Positions 46,628 through 58,100 are shown, numbered from the stretch's first letter. The stretch: DNA of 64,000 bases from a bacterium (GCA_965202605.1 OZ241838.1:1647817-1711816); one strand, 5' to 3'. Notes: a model not told the origin generated them from the sequence alone. Translations and numbers: made by a program.

Positions 46628-47500
46628 TCAGGATTGATCTTTACGGTTGGCCCTGTATTCCCGGAGCGCGTCGGCCAGCGCGGCGAACTCGACCAGGTCC
46701 AGGGTCTCTCCGCGTCGTTTCAGATTGATCCCGGTACGATCCGAAAGATGGCCGGCGGAACCGGGAGCCAGGCGATTCACCGCGTGGTGCAGCATCTTGC
46801 GGCGATGTTGAAAGGCCGACTTGATGAGCACCGTCAACAGGGCGGCGTCACGGACGTCGACGGGCGGACGATCGTGGGGGCTCAACCGGAGGACGACCGA
46901 ATCCACGGCCGGGCGGGGAACGAATCGGTCACTGCCCACCCGAAAAAGGGATACCACGTCGTAGTGATAAGCCATGATAGCGGTTATCGCCCCGTAGGCT
47001 TTCGTACCCGGAGAGGCGGTCAGACGTCCACCCACTTCGTGCTGTACCATGATGACCGCGCGCGTGATCCCGCCATGATGGGTGATCAGGCGGTCAAGGA
47101 CAGGTCCCGTGATGCCGTAGGGCAGATTGGCCACGAGCACGAGCCCCGCTTCGCCGGAAGCTTCGACCAGATCGGACAGATCCAGGTCGAGTACGTCCCG
47201 GTGCAGGACGGCCAGGTGATCGTAGCGCCCGTAAGCTTCCTGAAGCGCCCGTGCCAGCCTGGCATCGATTTCCACCGCGGTTATGCTGCCGGAGCGGGCG
47301 ACGAGGTGCCGGGTGAGCGCACCGGTCCCCGGACCGATTTCAAGGACGTGCGTATGCTTCGCGACACCCGCCGCCTCGACGATCCGGCGGGCTGTCGACG
47401 GATCGTTCAGGAAATGCTGACCCCGCGTCCTGGATGGACGGAACGCCGATCTGCGCAGACTGGCCAGCAGGTCTTCGGGAGGCTCGGGCACTGTGCTCAT
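46628..47500 (-). CDS. rsmA: 16S rRNA (adenine1518/1519-N6)-dimethyltransferase.
   Basis: GQHFL, VLEIGPGTGALT and NLPY motifs of KsgA. Confidence 0.9.
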   Translation of the reverse strand: MSTVPEPPEDLLASLRRSAFRPSRTRGQHFLNDPSTARRIVEAAGVAKHTHVLEIGPGTGALTRHLVARSGSITAVEIDARLARALQEAYGRYDHLAVLHRDVLDLDLSDLVEASGEAGLVLVANLPYGITGPVLDRLITHHGGITRAVIMVQHEVGGRLTASPGTKAYGAITAIMAYHYDVVSLFRVGSDRFVPRPAVDSVVLRLSPHDRPPVDVRDAALLTVLIKSAFQHRRKMLHHAVNRLAPGSAGHLSDRTGINLKRRGETLDLVEFAALADALREYRANRKDQS

Positions 47501-48261
47501 TGGATTCGAAACACGCTCTTCGCGTTCTGGGTTGTGGTCCGCGCCAGTTCTTCCGTGGACACGGCCCGGTGACGGGCGACCGCTTCGGCCGTATTTACAA
47601 GGTAGGCCGGTTCGTTCCGGCGGCCGCGGTGGGGGACAGGCGCCAGGTAAGGCGCGTCCGTTTCAACCAGGATGCGATCTCGCGGCACCCTGGAGATCAC
47701 TTCGTGGACCGTCGAGTTCCTGAACGTGGCGATGCCGCCAAACCCCAGGAAGCATCCCATGGAAACGGCCCTTTCAGCCATGGGGACATTCCCGGTAAAG
47801 CAGTGCAGGATGGCGGTCGTTTCTCCTTCGGGAAACTCGTCCAGCAGGGCCATGACTTCGACGTGGGCGTCCCGGTCGTGCACGATGACCGGCAGTCCCG
47901 TGCTCCGGCCCCACTCCAGGTGTCTTCTGAACGACGTCTGCTGGAGGGGACAGGTGGACCGGTCGTGGAACAGGTCGATGCCCGTTTCGCCCACGCCGAC
48001 TACGGACGGATGATTGAGCAGTTTCTCGATTTCCCGGAAATCCGCGTCGCGCGCTTCGTGAACGTGACAGGGATGGATGCCCGCGGCGGCGTACACGGCT
48101 TCGCAGCGCTCGGCAAGCGCGACGGCGGCCAGGCTGCTTTCGAGATCATACCCTATGGCGATCATGCGCTCCACCCCCGCCTCGAGGGCCCGTTGGATCA
48201 CGTCGCCGCGGTCATGATCGAATGCCGCATCCGTAAGATGGGTATGGGTGTCGAACAGCAA
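47497..48261 (-). CDS. tatD: TatD-family metal-dependent DNase/hydrolase.
   Basis: FDTHTHL and the TatD motif set. ATGA overlap with rsmA. Confidence 0.9.
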   Translation of the reverse strand: MLFDTHTHLTDAAFDHDRGDVIQRALEAGVERMIAIGYDLESSLAAVALAERCEAVYAAAGIHPCHVHEARDADFREIEKLLNHPSVVGVGETGIDLFHDRSTCPLQQTSFRRHLEWGRSTGLPVIVHDRDAHVEVMALLDEFPEGETTAILHCFTGNVPMAERAVSMGCFLGFGGIATFRNSTVHEVISRVPRDRILVETDAPYLAPVPHRGRRNEPAYLVNTAEAVARHRAVSTEELARTTTQNAKSVFRIQ

Positions 48262-48329
48262 AAGCAGCGCTTGGGTGCAGGATGATTGGGTGATGCACGG
48301 TCCGCGCCGGCGGCCGCATCGAGCGTACC

Positions 48330-48385
48330 GGCCAGCATGGCCAGCATGGCCAGCATGGTCGACCGGCCGCGCCGGCCATGCTGAC
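48330..48385. repeat. Triplet of ccagcatgg repeats followed by an inverted complement (ggccatgctg), making a hairpin-capable element between tatD and metG.
   Basis: gccagcatggccagcatggccagcatggtcgaccggccgcgccggccatgctg. Confidence 0.7.
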
Positions 48386-48387
48386 CG

Positions 48388-50451
48388 TCAGGTCACCGAT
48401 GAACCCGATTGTACCCGGACGTCCGGGCCGAGGAGTACGGGCGCGCCGCCGTCATCTGCGGCCGCGAGCAGCATGCCCCTGGATTCCACGCCCCGGATTT
48501 TCGCCGGTTCCAGGTTCACCACCACCACGATCTGGCGCCCGACCAGTCTGTCCGGGGTATAACCCGGCGCTATGCCGGACACGATCTGCCGGTCTTCCTC
48601 CCCGATACGCAGTTGCAACTTGAGCAACCGGTCCGTTCCGGGTACCGGTTCCGCCGCCACGACATCGGCGACGCGCAGATCGATCTGCCGGAACGCGTCG
48701 ATCGATACGAGGTCGTTTCTCTCCGCCCCGGCGGGTCCGGTTTTGCCGGAATCGGCCTTGCCGTCTCCCCGGGCGACGGTCTCGCCCAGCTTTTCGATCT
48801 GCGCGTCGATCGTATCGTCATCGATCTTGTGAAACAGGATTTCGATTTTGCCTATGGAGCGTCCGGACAGCGACGCGTCTATCTTGACCTCGTCCCATTT
48901 CTGCTCGTCGACACGGCCTTCCAGCCCCGCCATCCTCCACAGTCTTTCGGCGCTGAAGGGCACGATGGGCGACATGACCAGGGCCAGGGTCCTGACCGCC
49001 TGCGCGCACACGTAGAGGGTGGTAGCGCAACGCACCCGGTCGGTTTTGCGCGTGTTCCAGGGCGCCTGGTCGTTGAAGTACCGGTTGCATCCATTGCCGA
49101 GGGCGATCAGTTCCCGGACGGCACGCCTTACCTGGAAGGCTTCGAAGCACGCGCCGACACGGTCCGGGGCGCCGGCGACAGTCTCCAGCATGTCCCGGTC
49201 CTCCGGCGTAAGCGGCCCCGGTTCCGGGATCACGCCGTCGAAATACCGGTCGATGAAAGTCAGCGTGCGGTTTACGAAATTCCCGAAAATGTCGGCCAGT
49301 TCATTGTTGTTCCGCGCCTGGAAGTCCTTCCAGGTGAAATCGGCATCCTTCGTCTCGGGCGAAATCGATGCGAGACAGTATCGCATGGGATCGGGCGGAA
49401 AACGCTCCAGGTATTCATCCAGCCAGACCGCCCAGTTCCGGCTGGTGGACAACTTCTGGCCCTCGATGTTGAGAAACTCGTTGGCGGGAATCTCGGAAGG
49501 CAGGATGAAATCCCCGTGTTCCATGATCATGGCCGGCCACAGAATCGCGTGAAAGACGATGTTGTCCTTGCCGAGGAAATTGACAAGTTTGCAGTCCGGA
49601 TTCAGCCAGTAGTCCTTCCACCGGTCGGGTTCGCCCTGCGCCGCCGCCCATTCCCGGGTGGACGACACGTAGCCCAGCGTGTTTTCGAACCAGACGTACA
49701 TGACCTTGCCCACGGCGTCCTTCGTCGGCAGCGCCACGCCCCAGTCCAGGTCGCGCGAGATCGGGCGGTCGGACAGCCCCTCGTTGAACCAGCCCCGGCA
49801 GTAATTGCGTACGTTATCCTTCCAGTGCTTTTTCGTATCGATCCACGCCTGCAGCCTGGACGACACGCGGGCGAGCTTGAAATACCAGTGATCGACCGGC
49901 CGGACCTCGAGCGGGCCTTTACAGAATTCGCTGCGCGGATCAATCAGTTGCGTGGCGTCGAGAATGGTGCCGCAGGCCTCGCACTGGTCTCCCCGGGCGC
50001 GGTCGGAACCGCAATGGGGGCACGTGCCCTCCACGTAACGATCAGGCAGAAAGCGGCCGCTGGCCGGACAGTAGATCTGGTTGACTTCCCGTACGTCGAA
50101 ACAGCCCTTTTCTTCCAGGCGGCGGAAGTAGGCCCGGGCCGTCTCGTGGTGGATGGGCCGGGAGGTCTGGGAAAAATTGTCGTAGACGATTCCGAAGTCT
50201 TCCAGGGCACCCCTGATGACGGGGTAGTACTTGTCCACGAGTTCCTTGGGCGTTATGCCCTCCTTCTCGGCCGCCAGGGTGATGGCCACGCCGTGGTCGT
50301 CCGACCCGCTGACGTGGACGACGTCCCGGCCTTTCAGCCGCTGATAGCGGACATAGATGTTCCCAGGCAAATGGACGCCGGCGATATGGCCGATGTGCAA
50401 CTTGCCGTTCGCGTAGGGCAACGCGTCGGTTACGAGTATTTTCTCCGCCAC
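48388..50451 (-). CDS. metG: Methionine--tRNA ligase with a C-terminal tRNA-binding domain.
   Basis: HIGH motif (ANGKLHIGHIAG), KMSKS-like motif (KLSTSRN), the zinc knuckle CPHCGSD...CEACG, and a C-terminal EMAPII-like domain. Confidence 0.95.
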   Translation of the reverse strand: MAEKILVTDALPYANGKLHIGHIAGVHLPGNIYVRYQRLKGRDVVHVSGSDDHGVAITLAAEKEGITPKELVDKYYPVIRGALEDFGIVYDNFSQTSRPIHHETARAYFRRLEEKGCFDVREVNQIYCPASGRFLPDRYVEGTCPHCGSDRARGDQCEACGTILDATQLIDPRSEFCKGPLEVRPVDHWYFKLARVSSRLQAWIDTKKHWKDNVRNYCRGWFNEGLSDRPISRDLDWGVALPTKDAVGKVMYVWFENTLGYVSSTREWAAAQGEPDRWKDYWLNPDCKLVNFLGKDNIVFHAILWPAMIMEHGDFILPSEIPANEFLNIEGQKLSTSRNWAVWLDEYLERFPPDPMRYCLASISPETKDADFTWKDFQARNNNELADIFGNFVNRTLTFIDRYFDGVIPEPGPLTPEDRDMLETVAGAPDRVGACFEAFQVRRAVRELIALGNGCNRYFNDQAPWNTRKTDRVRCATTLYVCAQAVRTLALVMSPIVPFSAERLWRMAGLEGRVDEQKWDEVKIDASLSGRSIGKIEILFHKIDDDTIDAQIEKLGETVARGDGKADSGKTGPAGAERNDLVSIDAFRQIDLRVADVVAAEPVPGTDRLLKLQLRIGEEDRQIVSGIAPGYTPDRLVGRQIVVVVNLEPAKIRGVESRGMLLAAADDGGAPVLLGPDVRVQSGSSVT

Positions 50452-50543
50452 GGCTTCCTCACGGGCGCTGGTGGTCTGTCCCGGCGTGAACCTCGTTCAA
50501 TTCCAGCATCACGATAGCGTGTGGAAGGCGGTTTGTCAACGGA

Positions 50544-51764
50544 TCAATCCGGGGCGGGCGGGGTATGGGAGGGCGCCGCCCGGGAACGCGTCCCTCGCGC
50601 ACCCGGCGATCCCCGATTCAATCTGAGTCTGAGCACAAGCACGAGCAGGGCGAGCTGGACGTGAGCGTTCAGGGCGATGCCCCGCCTGGCTTCCTCTATG
50701 GCGGCGATGCCCTGCTCGATAGCCAGGACGTTCATCCCGGAAGCCAGCGCCTGCAAGGCGACCTGGCGTTCCGGGCTGGAGAGGGTGGAGGATTCGCCCG
50801 TGGTGGAGAGAATGAACAGGTCGCGGTAAAGTTCAAGCAGGTGGTCCAGGATCTGCTCCACGACCGGTTCTTCCCGGTGCGCCGCGGCCAGGGATTCCAC
50901 CTGCTCGAACAAACGCAGGGGAGACGCGTCGTGGATACACTCCAGCAGGGCGAAGGCTTCTTCCCGAAGCCGCAGGCCCCCTTCCGACATGGCCGACAGC
51001 GCTTCGTCCAGGCGGCCTTCAGATCTGCGGGCAAGCAGAGCGGCCTCATCGGGTTCCACGTCGTACCTCCCGGTCAGCGCCGTCTTCACGTCGGCTTCAG
51101 GGAGGCGCGGGAGGGAAACGGGCTGGCAACGGGACAGGATGGTAGGCAGCAGCAGCCGGGAACGTGTTGCGGTCAGGATGAGCATCAGGGTGCCCGGAGG
51201 CTCCTCCAGCGTTTTGAGCAGCGCGTTTGCGGCCGCGGTGTTCATCCGGTCCGCCGAGACGATGATCGCGACTTTCTTCCGTCCTTCGTACGGCTTGACG
51301 GACGCATCTCTTCTGAGCGACCTGATGTCGTCCACGGAGAGGATGTCGTTCTTTCCCAGCGGCAGGGCGGCGTAGGGATCGCCGGCCAAAAGGAAGGACA
51401 ACCCCTGCCTGCGTTCTTCCCGGGCGTTCCCACGGCCCGGGGACTCCCTGTTCCGGGTGGGCGGTGCGGGCGGTCCGGGCGGTGCGGGCGGTCCCTCCGG
51501 AGGCGGTGCGGACGAAGCGGGGACCAGTAGGTGCACGTCGGGGTGCTGCAGCGCACGTATCCGCCGGCAGTGCCGGCACTGTCCGCAGGGTTCTCCCGGC
51601 CCGCTTTCGCAGTTGACCGCGCAGGCCAGTTCAATGGCCAGCGCCTCGGCGCCCACGCCGGGCGGTCCGCAGAACAGGTACCCATGCGCCAGGCGGTCCT
51701 GCCTTACGGCGTCCATGAGTCTCTGACGCTGTTTGTGGTGGCCGATGATCCGGTCGAATGCCAT
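50544..51764 (-). CDS. holB: DNA polymerase III delta-prime subunit, carrying a proline-rich insert.
   Basis: HGYLFCGPPGVGA P-loop, the zinc module CGQCRHCRR and the SRC motif. The insert PPEGPPAPPGPPAPP is encoded by tandem repeats. Confidence 0.8.
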   Translation of the reverse strand: MAFDRIIGHHKQRQRLMDAVRQDRLAHGYLFCGPPGVGAEALAIELACAVNCESGPGEPCGQCRHCRRIRALQHPDVHLLVPASSAPPPEGPPAPPGPPAPPTRNRESPGRGNAREERRQGLSFLLAGDPYAALPLGKNDILSVDDIRSLRRDASVKPYEGRKKVAIIVSADRMNTAAANALLKTLEEPPGTLMLILTATRSRLLLPTILSRCQPVSLPRLPEADVKTALTGRYDVEPDEAALLARRSEGRLDEALSAMSEGGLRLREEAFALLECIHDASPLRLFEQVESLAAAHREEPVVEQILDHLLELYRDLFILSTTGESSTLSSPERQVALQALASGMNVLAIEQGIAAIEEARRGIALNAHVQLALLVLVLRLRLNRGSPGARGTRSRAAPSHTPPAPD

Positions 51765-51773
51765 GATACCCGC

Positions 51774-52553
51774 TCAGGGGACGGGGCGGACTACGTAGTG
51801 AACCCGATTGGACTGCTCAGACGCCTCTTCAAAGGTGAAACCGTCGAAGGCGCCAAGTACGTGGTAACCCGCTTCGCGGCAGACCTGCGCGAGTCTGGCC
51901 ACGGGGTAGATCCGTTGCTCGTGGCGCTCCCGGGTGGAGTGCCGTTTGCCTTCGCGGTTAAAGATGAACTGAAATTCATTGACCTGTACGCACGTATCGG
52001 GGACATACTCGCAACGCCGGATGTAGGAGAAATCCCCGTTGCTTTCCCGGTCGACCTGGTTATGGAAGTACCTGCGCGAATTTCGCTCCGTACAGACGTC
52101 GAATACGAACAGGCCGCCGGGCTTTATTACAGCACGCAGTCCGTTCAACATGGCAAGGATGTCCGCCTCTTCCATGACGTAGTTGATGCTGTCGTACAGG
52201 CACAACACCGCGTCAAAAGGTTCGGATATCGGCAAACGAACCATGTCGCCCGCCTGAAAGCGAATGGTCCGGCGGGCATCCAGGGCTTTCTGTCTCGCCA
52301 CGGCGATCATGCTTTCCGACCGGTCGATGCCTGTCATACGGTATCCCCGGTCGTCGAGGATGCACGCCATGGCGCCGGTTCCGCAGGCCAGCTCGAGTAT
52401 GTCATCCGGCGTCGCTTCGAACCGTGTGAATACCGACTGTATATAGTTGGCCCACCGCGTGTAGTCCACGTGACGCATCACGTGATCATATATCCGGGCC
52501 AGATGGCTGTAGGGAGGCTCGAAATCGGCTGAGGGTGGGTTCCTGTGGCGCAT
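51774..52553 (-). CDS. Class I SAM-dependent methyltransferase.
   Basis: ILELACGTGAMA motif I and the Rossmann MTase fold. Confidence 0.8.
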   Translation of the reverse strand: MRHRNPPSADFEPPYSHLARIYDHVMRHVDYTRWANYIQSVFTRFEATPDDILELACGTGAMACILDDRGYRMTGIDRSESMIAVARQKALDARRTIRFQAGDMVRLPISEPFDAVLCLYDSINYVMEEADILAMLNGLRAVIKPGGLFVFDVCTERNSRRYFHNQVDRESNGDFSYIRRCEYVPDTCVQVNEFQFIFNREGKRHSTRERHEQRIYPVARLAQVCREAGYHVLGAFDGFTFEEASEQSNRVHYVVRPVP

Positions 52554-52583
52554 GCTCGCCGGGTTTCCCTTCTCGGCGGGAAT

Positions 52584-52871
52584 TCATCCTTCTGCAAACC
52601 CCGACGATTCGTTGCTTAGCTGCTCGTCGCTCAGTACGGCGTACAGGGATTGCGCCCGGTCTTTCGAAACGTTGCCCGCCGGGACGTCCAACACTTCGAA
52701 CTCCAGCCGCCTGTGGGGCCACTCCACGACGACGATGTCCCTTGCGCCGACCTGGTGTCCGGGTTTCGCGGGTCTGCCTGAAATGGAAACCATACCCCGG
52801 TCGCAGGCCTTTTTGGCGGCATCCCGCTGCTTGATGATGCGGGACCGTTTCAAAAACAGGTCTATTCTCAT
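52584..52871 (-). CDS. RNA-binding S4-domain protein (Hsp15/YlmH-like).
   Basis: MRIDLFLKRSRIIKQRDAAKKACDRGMVSISGRPAKPGHQV is an S4 domain. The track start at 52988 is rejected. Confidence 0.7.
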   Translation of the reverse strand: MRIDLFLKRSRIIKQRDAAKKACDRGMVSISGRPAKPGHQVGARDIVVVEWPHRRLEFEVLDVPAGNVSKDRAQSLYAVLSDEQLSNESSGFAEG

Positions 52872-52903
52872 TTCAACGGTATTGGCGTGGGGCGGTTCAC
52901 CGT

Positions 52904-54220
52904 TCAGGGCGTGGAGTCCAGGCCCCGCTCGTCGATGTACAACTCGCGGCGCAGATCCTTGAGCCACCGTTCCCGTTCCGTGTTCCACTTGGCCTGTTTG
53001 GCCAGATACGTGATCTGCTGGAAATGGTCGTCCAGGGAAAGCTTGTCGCCGCCGGTTCTGCCGTTCAACCTCATGATGTGGTAGGAGGTGGCGTTCTGGT
53101 CCACCACCTTGATGGGTTCGGTCATCTGGTTGACGGATATGGTGTCCAGGGCGGCCTGGTATTGGGGCAGCAACTGATCGAGCATGAACTCTCCGATATG
53201 ACCGCCGTCCGAAGCGGAGGCCAGGTCTTCCGAGTATTTCCTGGCGGCCTCGGCGAATGACTCGTCGCCGTCGAGAATCCGCTGGCGCAGCATGGAAATC
53301 GTCTCCAGCGCGCGATGATCGTCTTCATCCGTTTTGGAAACCTGGACCAGAATGTGACGCACCCGGATCTCGTCGCCCTTCCGTTCTTCCAGCTTGATGA
53401 TATGCAGGCCTACGTCCGTCTGTACCGTGGGGCTGATCTCGCCCGGTTCGAGGGAGAAAGCCGCGGCTTCGAAATCGGCCATGAACGTCCCCCGGGCGAA
53501 GAATCCCAGGTCTCCGCCGTTCCGGGCGCTGTTCAGATCTTCCGAATACCGCCGCGCCATGTCGCCGAAGTCCTCCCCATCGGCGATGCGGCGCCTGATC
53601 TCATCGATCCGTGCGTTCATCGCGGCCACGATTTGCGGGTCCGGGCGGGCGGAGACCATGATGTGGCTCAAGTCCAGCTTGACGGGATTCGAAGGAATGC
53701 TGTCGTAGTGGTTCTCATAGTACTGGGCCACTTCCAGGCCGGTAACCCGTACTTCGCCGAAGCGATCTTCCTCGAGCCTTCGCTGGAGCAGTTCCTCTTC
53801 CTTCTGCCGCCTGAGCAGCCGGTTCCAGTCTCTCATGGTCATGCCGGAATTCATCACCAGTTGTTCCAGGGCTTCTTCGGAACCGAGGCGTTCCGTGTAT
53901 TGGTCGATGATCTGCTGTACGGCGCCGTTTACCTGTTCGGCGGGCACCCGCACGCTGTCCCTTCGCGCGTACGCAAGTACGATGCGTGTATCGATCATAT
54001 CGTCCAGCAACCGGTTCGGGAGATCCTCCGGTTCCTCCTCGGCCGGCTGCATGCGATACATCTTTACTGCTTCAACCACGTCGGAATAGAGGATGATCTC
54101 GTTGTCCACGACGGCCACGACGTAGTCCAACAACTGCTGGCCGTGTGCCGGGCGGCTTGTCAGGGCCACGGCAAGACCCAGAATCAGCCAGATATGGCGG
54201 GTAATCGAGCGCACAGACAT
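52904..54220 (-). CDS. surA: Periplasmic chaperone/peptidyl-prolyl isomerase SurA (two parvulin domains).
   Basis: Signal peptide, the SurA N-domain and two PPIC-type repeats (GGDLGFF, GGHIGEF). Confidence 0.85.
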   Translation of the reverse strand: MSVRSITRHIWLILGLAVALTSRPAHGQQLLDYVVAVVDNEIILYSDVVEAVKMYRMQPAEEEPEDLPNRLLDDMIDTRIVLAYARRDSVRVPAEQVNGAVQQIIDQYTERLGSEEALEQLVMNSGMTMRDWNRLLRRQKEEELLQRRLEEDRFGEVRVTGLEVAQYYENHYDSIPSNPVKLDLSHIMVSARPDPQIVAAMNARIDEIRRRIADGEDFGDMARRYSEDLNSARNGGDLGFFARGTFMADFEAAAFSLEPGEISPTVQTDVGLHIIKLEERKGDEIRVRHILVQVSKTDEDDHRALETISMLRQRILDGDESFAEAARKYSEDLASASDGGHIGEFMLDQLLPQYQAALDTISVNQMTEPIKVVDQNATSYHIMRLNGRTGGDKLSLDDHFQQITYLAKQAKWNTERERWLKDLRRELYIDERGLDSTP

Positions 54221-54236
54221 GCCCTCCGGTTCCAGC

Positions 54237-55103
54237 CTACGGTGCGAAGGGTTCCGACCGTATCAGGTTTTCGTTATGGATTTCCACGTCGGCCCCTTGC
54301 CGGAGCCCATCCACGAACCGCCTGACCAGTTCGCGGCGCCGGTCCCGCAGCATCCTGTTGACGATCTCGCCACGGACTTCATCCAGCGGCGGCAGGGTGC
54401 CCGCCTCGCGACGGTCCACGACCCTGAATATGAACGACCCGGATTCGGAAAGGACCGGCCGGGAAATCTGGCCGGGTTGCAGGGAAAACACGATTTCCTG
54501 CACCGACACGTCGCTGATATCCGCCCTTTTCAGGTAACCCAGGTCTCCTCCGTTGGCCGAGGAGGGATGAAGGGATCGCGTACGGGCCAGTTCCTCGAAG
54601 GTTCCGCGGCCGCGCGCCAGCTGGTTGCGGACCTGCCGAGCCGCGGTCTCGTCCGGTAGAACGATCACGGACAGTCTGAGTTCCGGCTCGTGGTAGATGA
54701 ATTCCTGCCCATGGGTCTCGAAGTATACCGCCACCTCTTCGTCGGTGACCGCCATCGACGGGTCGACGGCAATATCATCCAGCACGACATTGGCGAGATG
54801 GTCCCTGCGCATCCTTTCCAATTCCCGTGCCGTCGCGCCGTCGCGGTCCAGGTCCCGCCTGAGGGCTTCCTGGTAGAGGAGTTCGGTCCGGATCCAGTCA
54901 GATACCCAGTCCTTTCTCATTTGCAGCGTGGCGCCGGACAGTGCCGCGCCTTCCATTTCGGCTTCCAGCTCATCGGCCGTCAGCGTGGACTGATTCACCC
55001 GGGCGACGACGGTATCGGCGTCTTCCTCCGCTGAGAAAAACCGGCACTGCGTAAAGAGAAGGGCCACGTTCAGAAGAACGGCGCAATAGACCGCGGATTT
55101 CAT
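54237..55103 (-). CDS. Parvulin-type peptidyl-prolyl isomerase (SurA/PpiD-like), secreted.
   Basis: Signal peptide MKSAVYCAVLLNVALLF and a PPIC domain (GGDLGYL). Confidence 0.7.
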   Translation of the reverse strand: MKSAVYCAVLLNVALLFTQCRFFSAEEDADTVVARVNQSTLTADELEAEMEGAALSGATLQMRKDWVSDWIRTELLYQEALRRDLDRDGATARELERMRRDHLANVVLDDIAVDPSMAVTDEEVAVYFETHGQEFIYHEPELRLSVIVLPDETAARQVRNQLARGRGTFEELARTRSLHPSSANGGDLGYLKRADISDVSVQEIVFSLQPGQISRPVLSESGSFIFRVVDRREAGTLPPLDEVRGEIVNRMLRDRRRELVRRFVDGLRQGADVEIHNENLIRSEPFAP

Positions 55104-55164
55104 GCTGATTTCATACTCCAGCGGGCGGGCCTTTTCGAATAACCGGGCTCGTATCATTAACAAA

Positions 55165-58100
55165 TCACAGCAGTTTAAGCAACAGGTTTTTGGCCAGGCC
55201 GACCCTTTCGGCTTCCGATTTCCCGGTCAGTCCCGCCCTGATCCGGAAGTCGTCCCCGTGAGGAAATTCAATGTCCAGCGCGGGATCGTCCGTTACGCGC
55301 GCTATCCTGTCTCGCGAAGGATAAAGACCGTTCCGGTAGGTCATGGTCATTTGACTGCCGCTGACCGTGAGTTGTTTCAATCCGATTTTATCCGCGATCT
55401 GCCGAATGGAAACCAGGTCGAACAGGATGTGCGCCGGATCGGGCAGCCGGCCGAACCGGTCCTTCATCTCTTCGCGCAACGAGACGACGTCCCGTTCGTC
55501 TTCCACCCGGGAAAGCCGCTGGTAAAAACCGACCTTGAGCTTTCGGTCCGCGATGTAGTCGTCGGGGATGAAGGCACCCACCCGCAGGTCTATATCGGCT
55601 TCGTGGGACTGTTCGCGCGTCTCACCCTTCAGGTCCTGCATGGCCTCCTTCAACAGCCGGCAGTACAGATCGAATCCTATGGCGGAAATGAAACCGTGCT
55701 GCTCGGTGCCCAGCAGGTTCCCGGCGCCCCTGATCTCCAAGTCCCGCATGGCGATATGAAATCCCGAGCCGAGCGCGGTATACTCGGAGATCACGGCCAG
55801 CCGCTTGCGGGCGTCGGGGGTAACCGCACCGGCGGCGGGGATCATCAGGTAGGCGTAGGCCCGGTGATTGGATCTCCCCACGCGGCCCCGGAGCTGGTAC
55901 AGCTGGGCGAGTCCGAAACGGTCCGCGCGATTGACCAGGATGGTGTTCACGCTGGGGATATCCAGCCCGGATTCGATGATCATCGTGGACACGAGGCAGT
56001 CGTACTTGCGGTCCAGGAAATCGATCATCACCCGTTCCAGTTCCCGCTCCTGCATCTGTCCGTGGCCCACGACGAAAGAGACCTGGGGCAGGAGGCGCCG
56101 CAGGAATTCGGCGACCGCCTCTATGGACTGGACCCGGTTGTGGACGAAAAAGACCTGTCCCCCCCGGTCCACCTCCCGCATGATCGCCTCGCAGATCACT
56201 TCTTCGTTGAAACGCACCACCTCGGTATGCACCGGCAGCCGGTCCCTGGGAGGCGTGGTGATGAGGGACATGTCCCGCGCGGAGACCAGGGACATGTGAA
56301 GCGTCCGCGGAATGGGCGTGGCGGTCATGGTCATGACGTCCACGGAAGTCTTCAGCTGCTTGAGCCGTTCCTTGTGGGCGACGCCGAACCGCTGCTCTTC
56401 ATCGACCACGAGCAGGCCCATGTCGTGAAAGTCGATGTCGCCGGAGATGAGACGGTGCGTGCCTATGACGATGTCGACCTCGCCGCTCTGAAGGCCGGCG
56501 ACGACGGCTTTCTGCTCCCGGGAAGGGACGAAACGGCTCAGCATCCGGATGTTGACGGGGTAGTCCGCGAGCCGCTCGGAGAAGGTGGTCATGTGCTGTT
56601 GCACCAGGATGGTGGTCGGGGCCAGTATCGCCACCTGTTTCCCGTCCAGCACCGCCTTGAAAGCGGCGCGGATCGCCACTTCCGTCTTCCCGTACCCCAC
56701 GTCCCCGCAGATCAGCCGGTCCATGGGCACCGCCTTCTCCATGTCCGACTTCACGTCCGAGGACGCCTGCTCCTGATCCGGTGTATCTTCGTAGATAAAG
56801 GAATCTTCCATTTCCCGCTGCCAGGGGGTGTCGGCCGAGAAGGCGAATCCCGGACTGGCCTGCCGGGCCGCGTAGAGCTTGACCAGGTCCTCGGCGATAT
56901 CCCGGACGGCCTTTCGCGTACGCTTCTTGGCCTGCTCCCAGGCTCTTCCGCCCAGCTTCGACAACGCGGGCGCCTCGCCATCGGAACCGATGTACTTCTG
57001 CACCCGGTGCAACTGCTCGATGGGTATGAAGACCCGGTCGTCTCCGGCGTAGATCAGCGTCAGGCAGTCCCGCTCCCGGTCGTCCACGGCAATGCGCTTC
57101 AACCCTATGTACCGGCCGATGCCGTGGTCGATATGGACGACGTAGTCCCCTTCCTTCAGGCTGGTGAAATCCTCGATCACCACGCCTTCCTTGAAGGCTT
57201 TCCGCCGGCGTCGCCGGTACCGGTTGAAGATCTCCGCGTCGGTCAGCACGACCAGGGGCAGATCGGGCAGAATGAACCCGTCGTGCATCGCGCCGACCGC
57301 CATTTCGATCTCCGGGGCGTCCGTGCCCAGGATCTCCCGCAGTCTTTCCGCCTGCCCTTCGTTATCGCAAACCACCACGACCCGTGCCCCGTCCGCTCTC
57401 CATTCCTCCAGGCGGGACTTCAGCACGTCCATCGCGCCCTGGTACACACCGGACGCCTCGGTCCCCACGGCGAGCCACCCATCGGCCGCCCGCGCCCCGC
57501 GCACCACGTCCATCGTGCCGTAGTAGGTCGACTCCTCCGTTATATCGCGCCAGGACCCGATCGCTTCGCCGGGTTCGGGAACCAGGTCGCCCGCCTCTGT
57601 TCTCCGCAAGTGGTTGTTTTCGTATTCCTCTGCGAACGACTCCGCTTCACGCGCCAGTTCGTCGGGCTCGCACCGGACGATCAGCGTGTGGTCCGGCAGG
57701 TAGCTCATGATGGTGGCGGCGGAGGGATGGAACCAGGGCAGGTAGCGTTCACTGCCTTCGAACAGGCCGCCGTCCTCGAAGTGAGAAATCGGCTCGGACG
57801 CGTCGATCGACAGCGATTCGCCCGCCCGCCTTGCCCGCCGGACCACTTCGTCGCGCTTTTCGGGGTCGTCGATCATTTCCCTGTTCGGGAGCACCGTCAG
57901 TCCGCGGATGTGCTCCGACGACCGCTGGGAGTAGATCTCAAAGAGCCGGATCGATTCCACTTCGTCTCCGAAGAACTCGATTCTGCACGGCTGGTCCGAC
58001 CCGTGGGGATAGACATCCACGATTCCGCCCCGCACGCTGTAGTGGCCCGGGGCCTGAACCATGTCAGTCCGCTCGTAGCCCAGCCGGTCGCATCGCTCGG

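Noticed and set aside
48409-50517. 702-aa plus-strand ORF
   Set aside because: It is antisense to metG.
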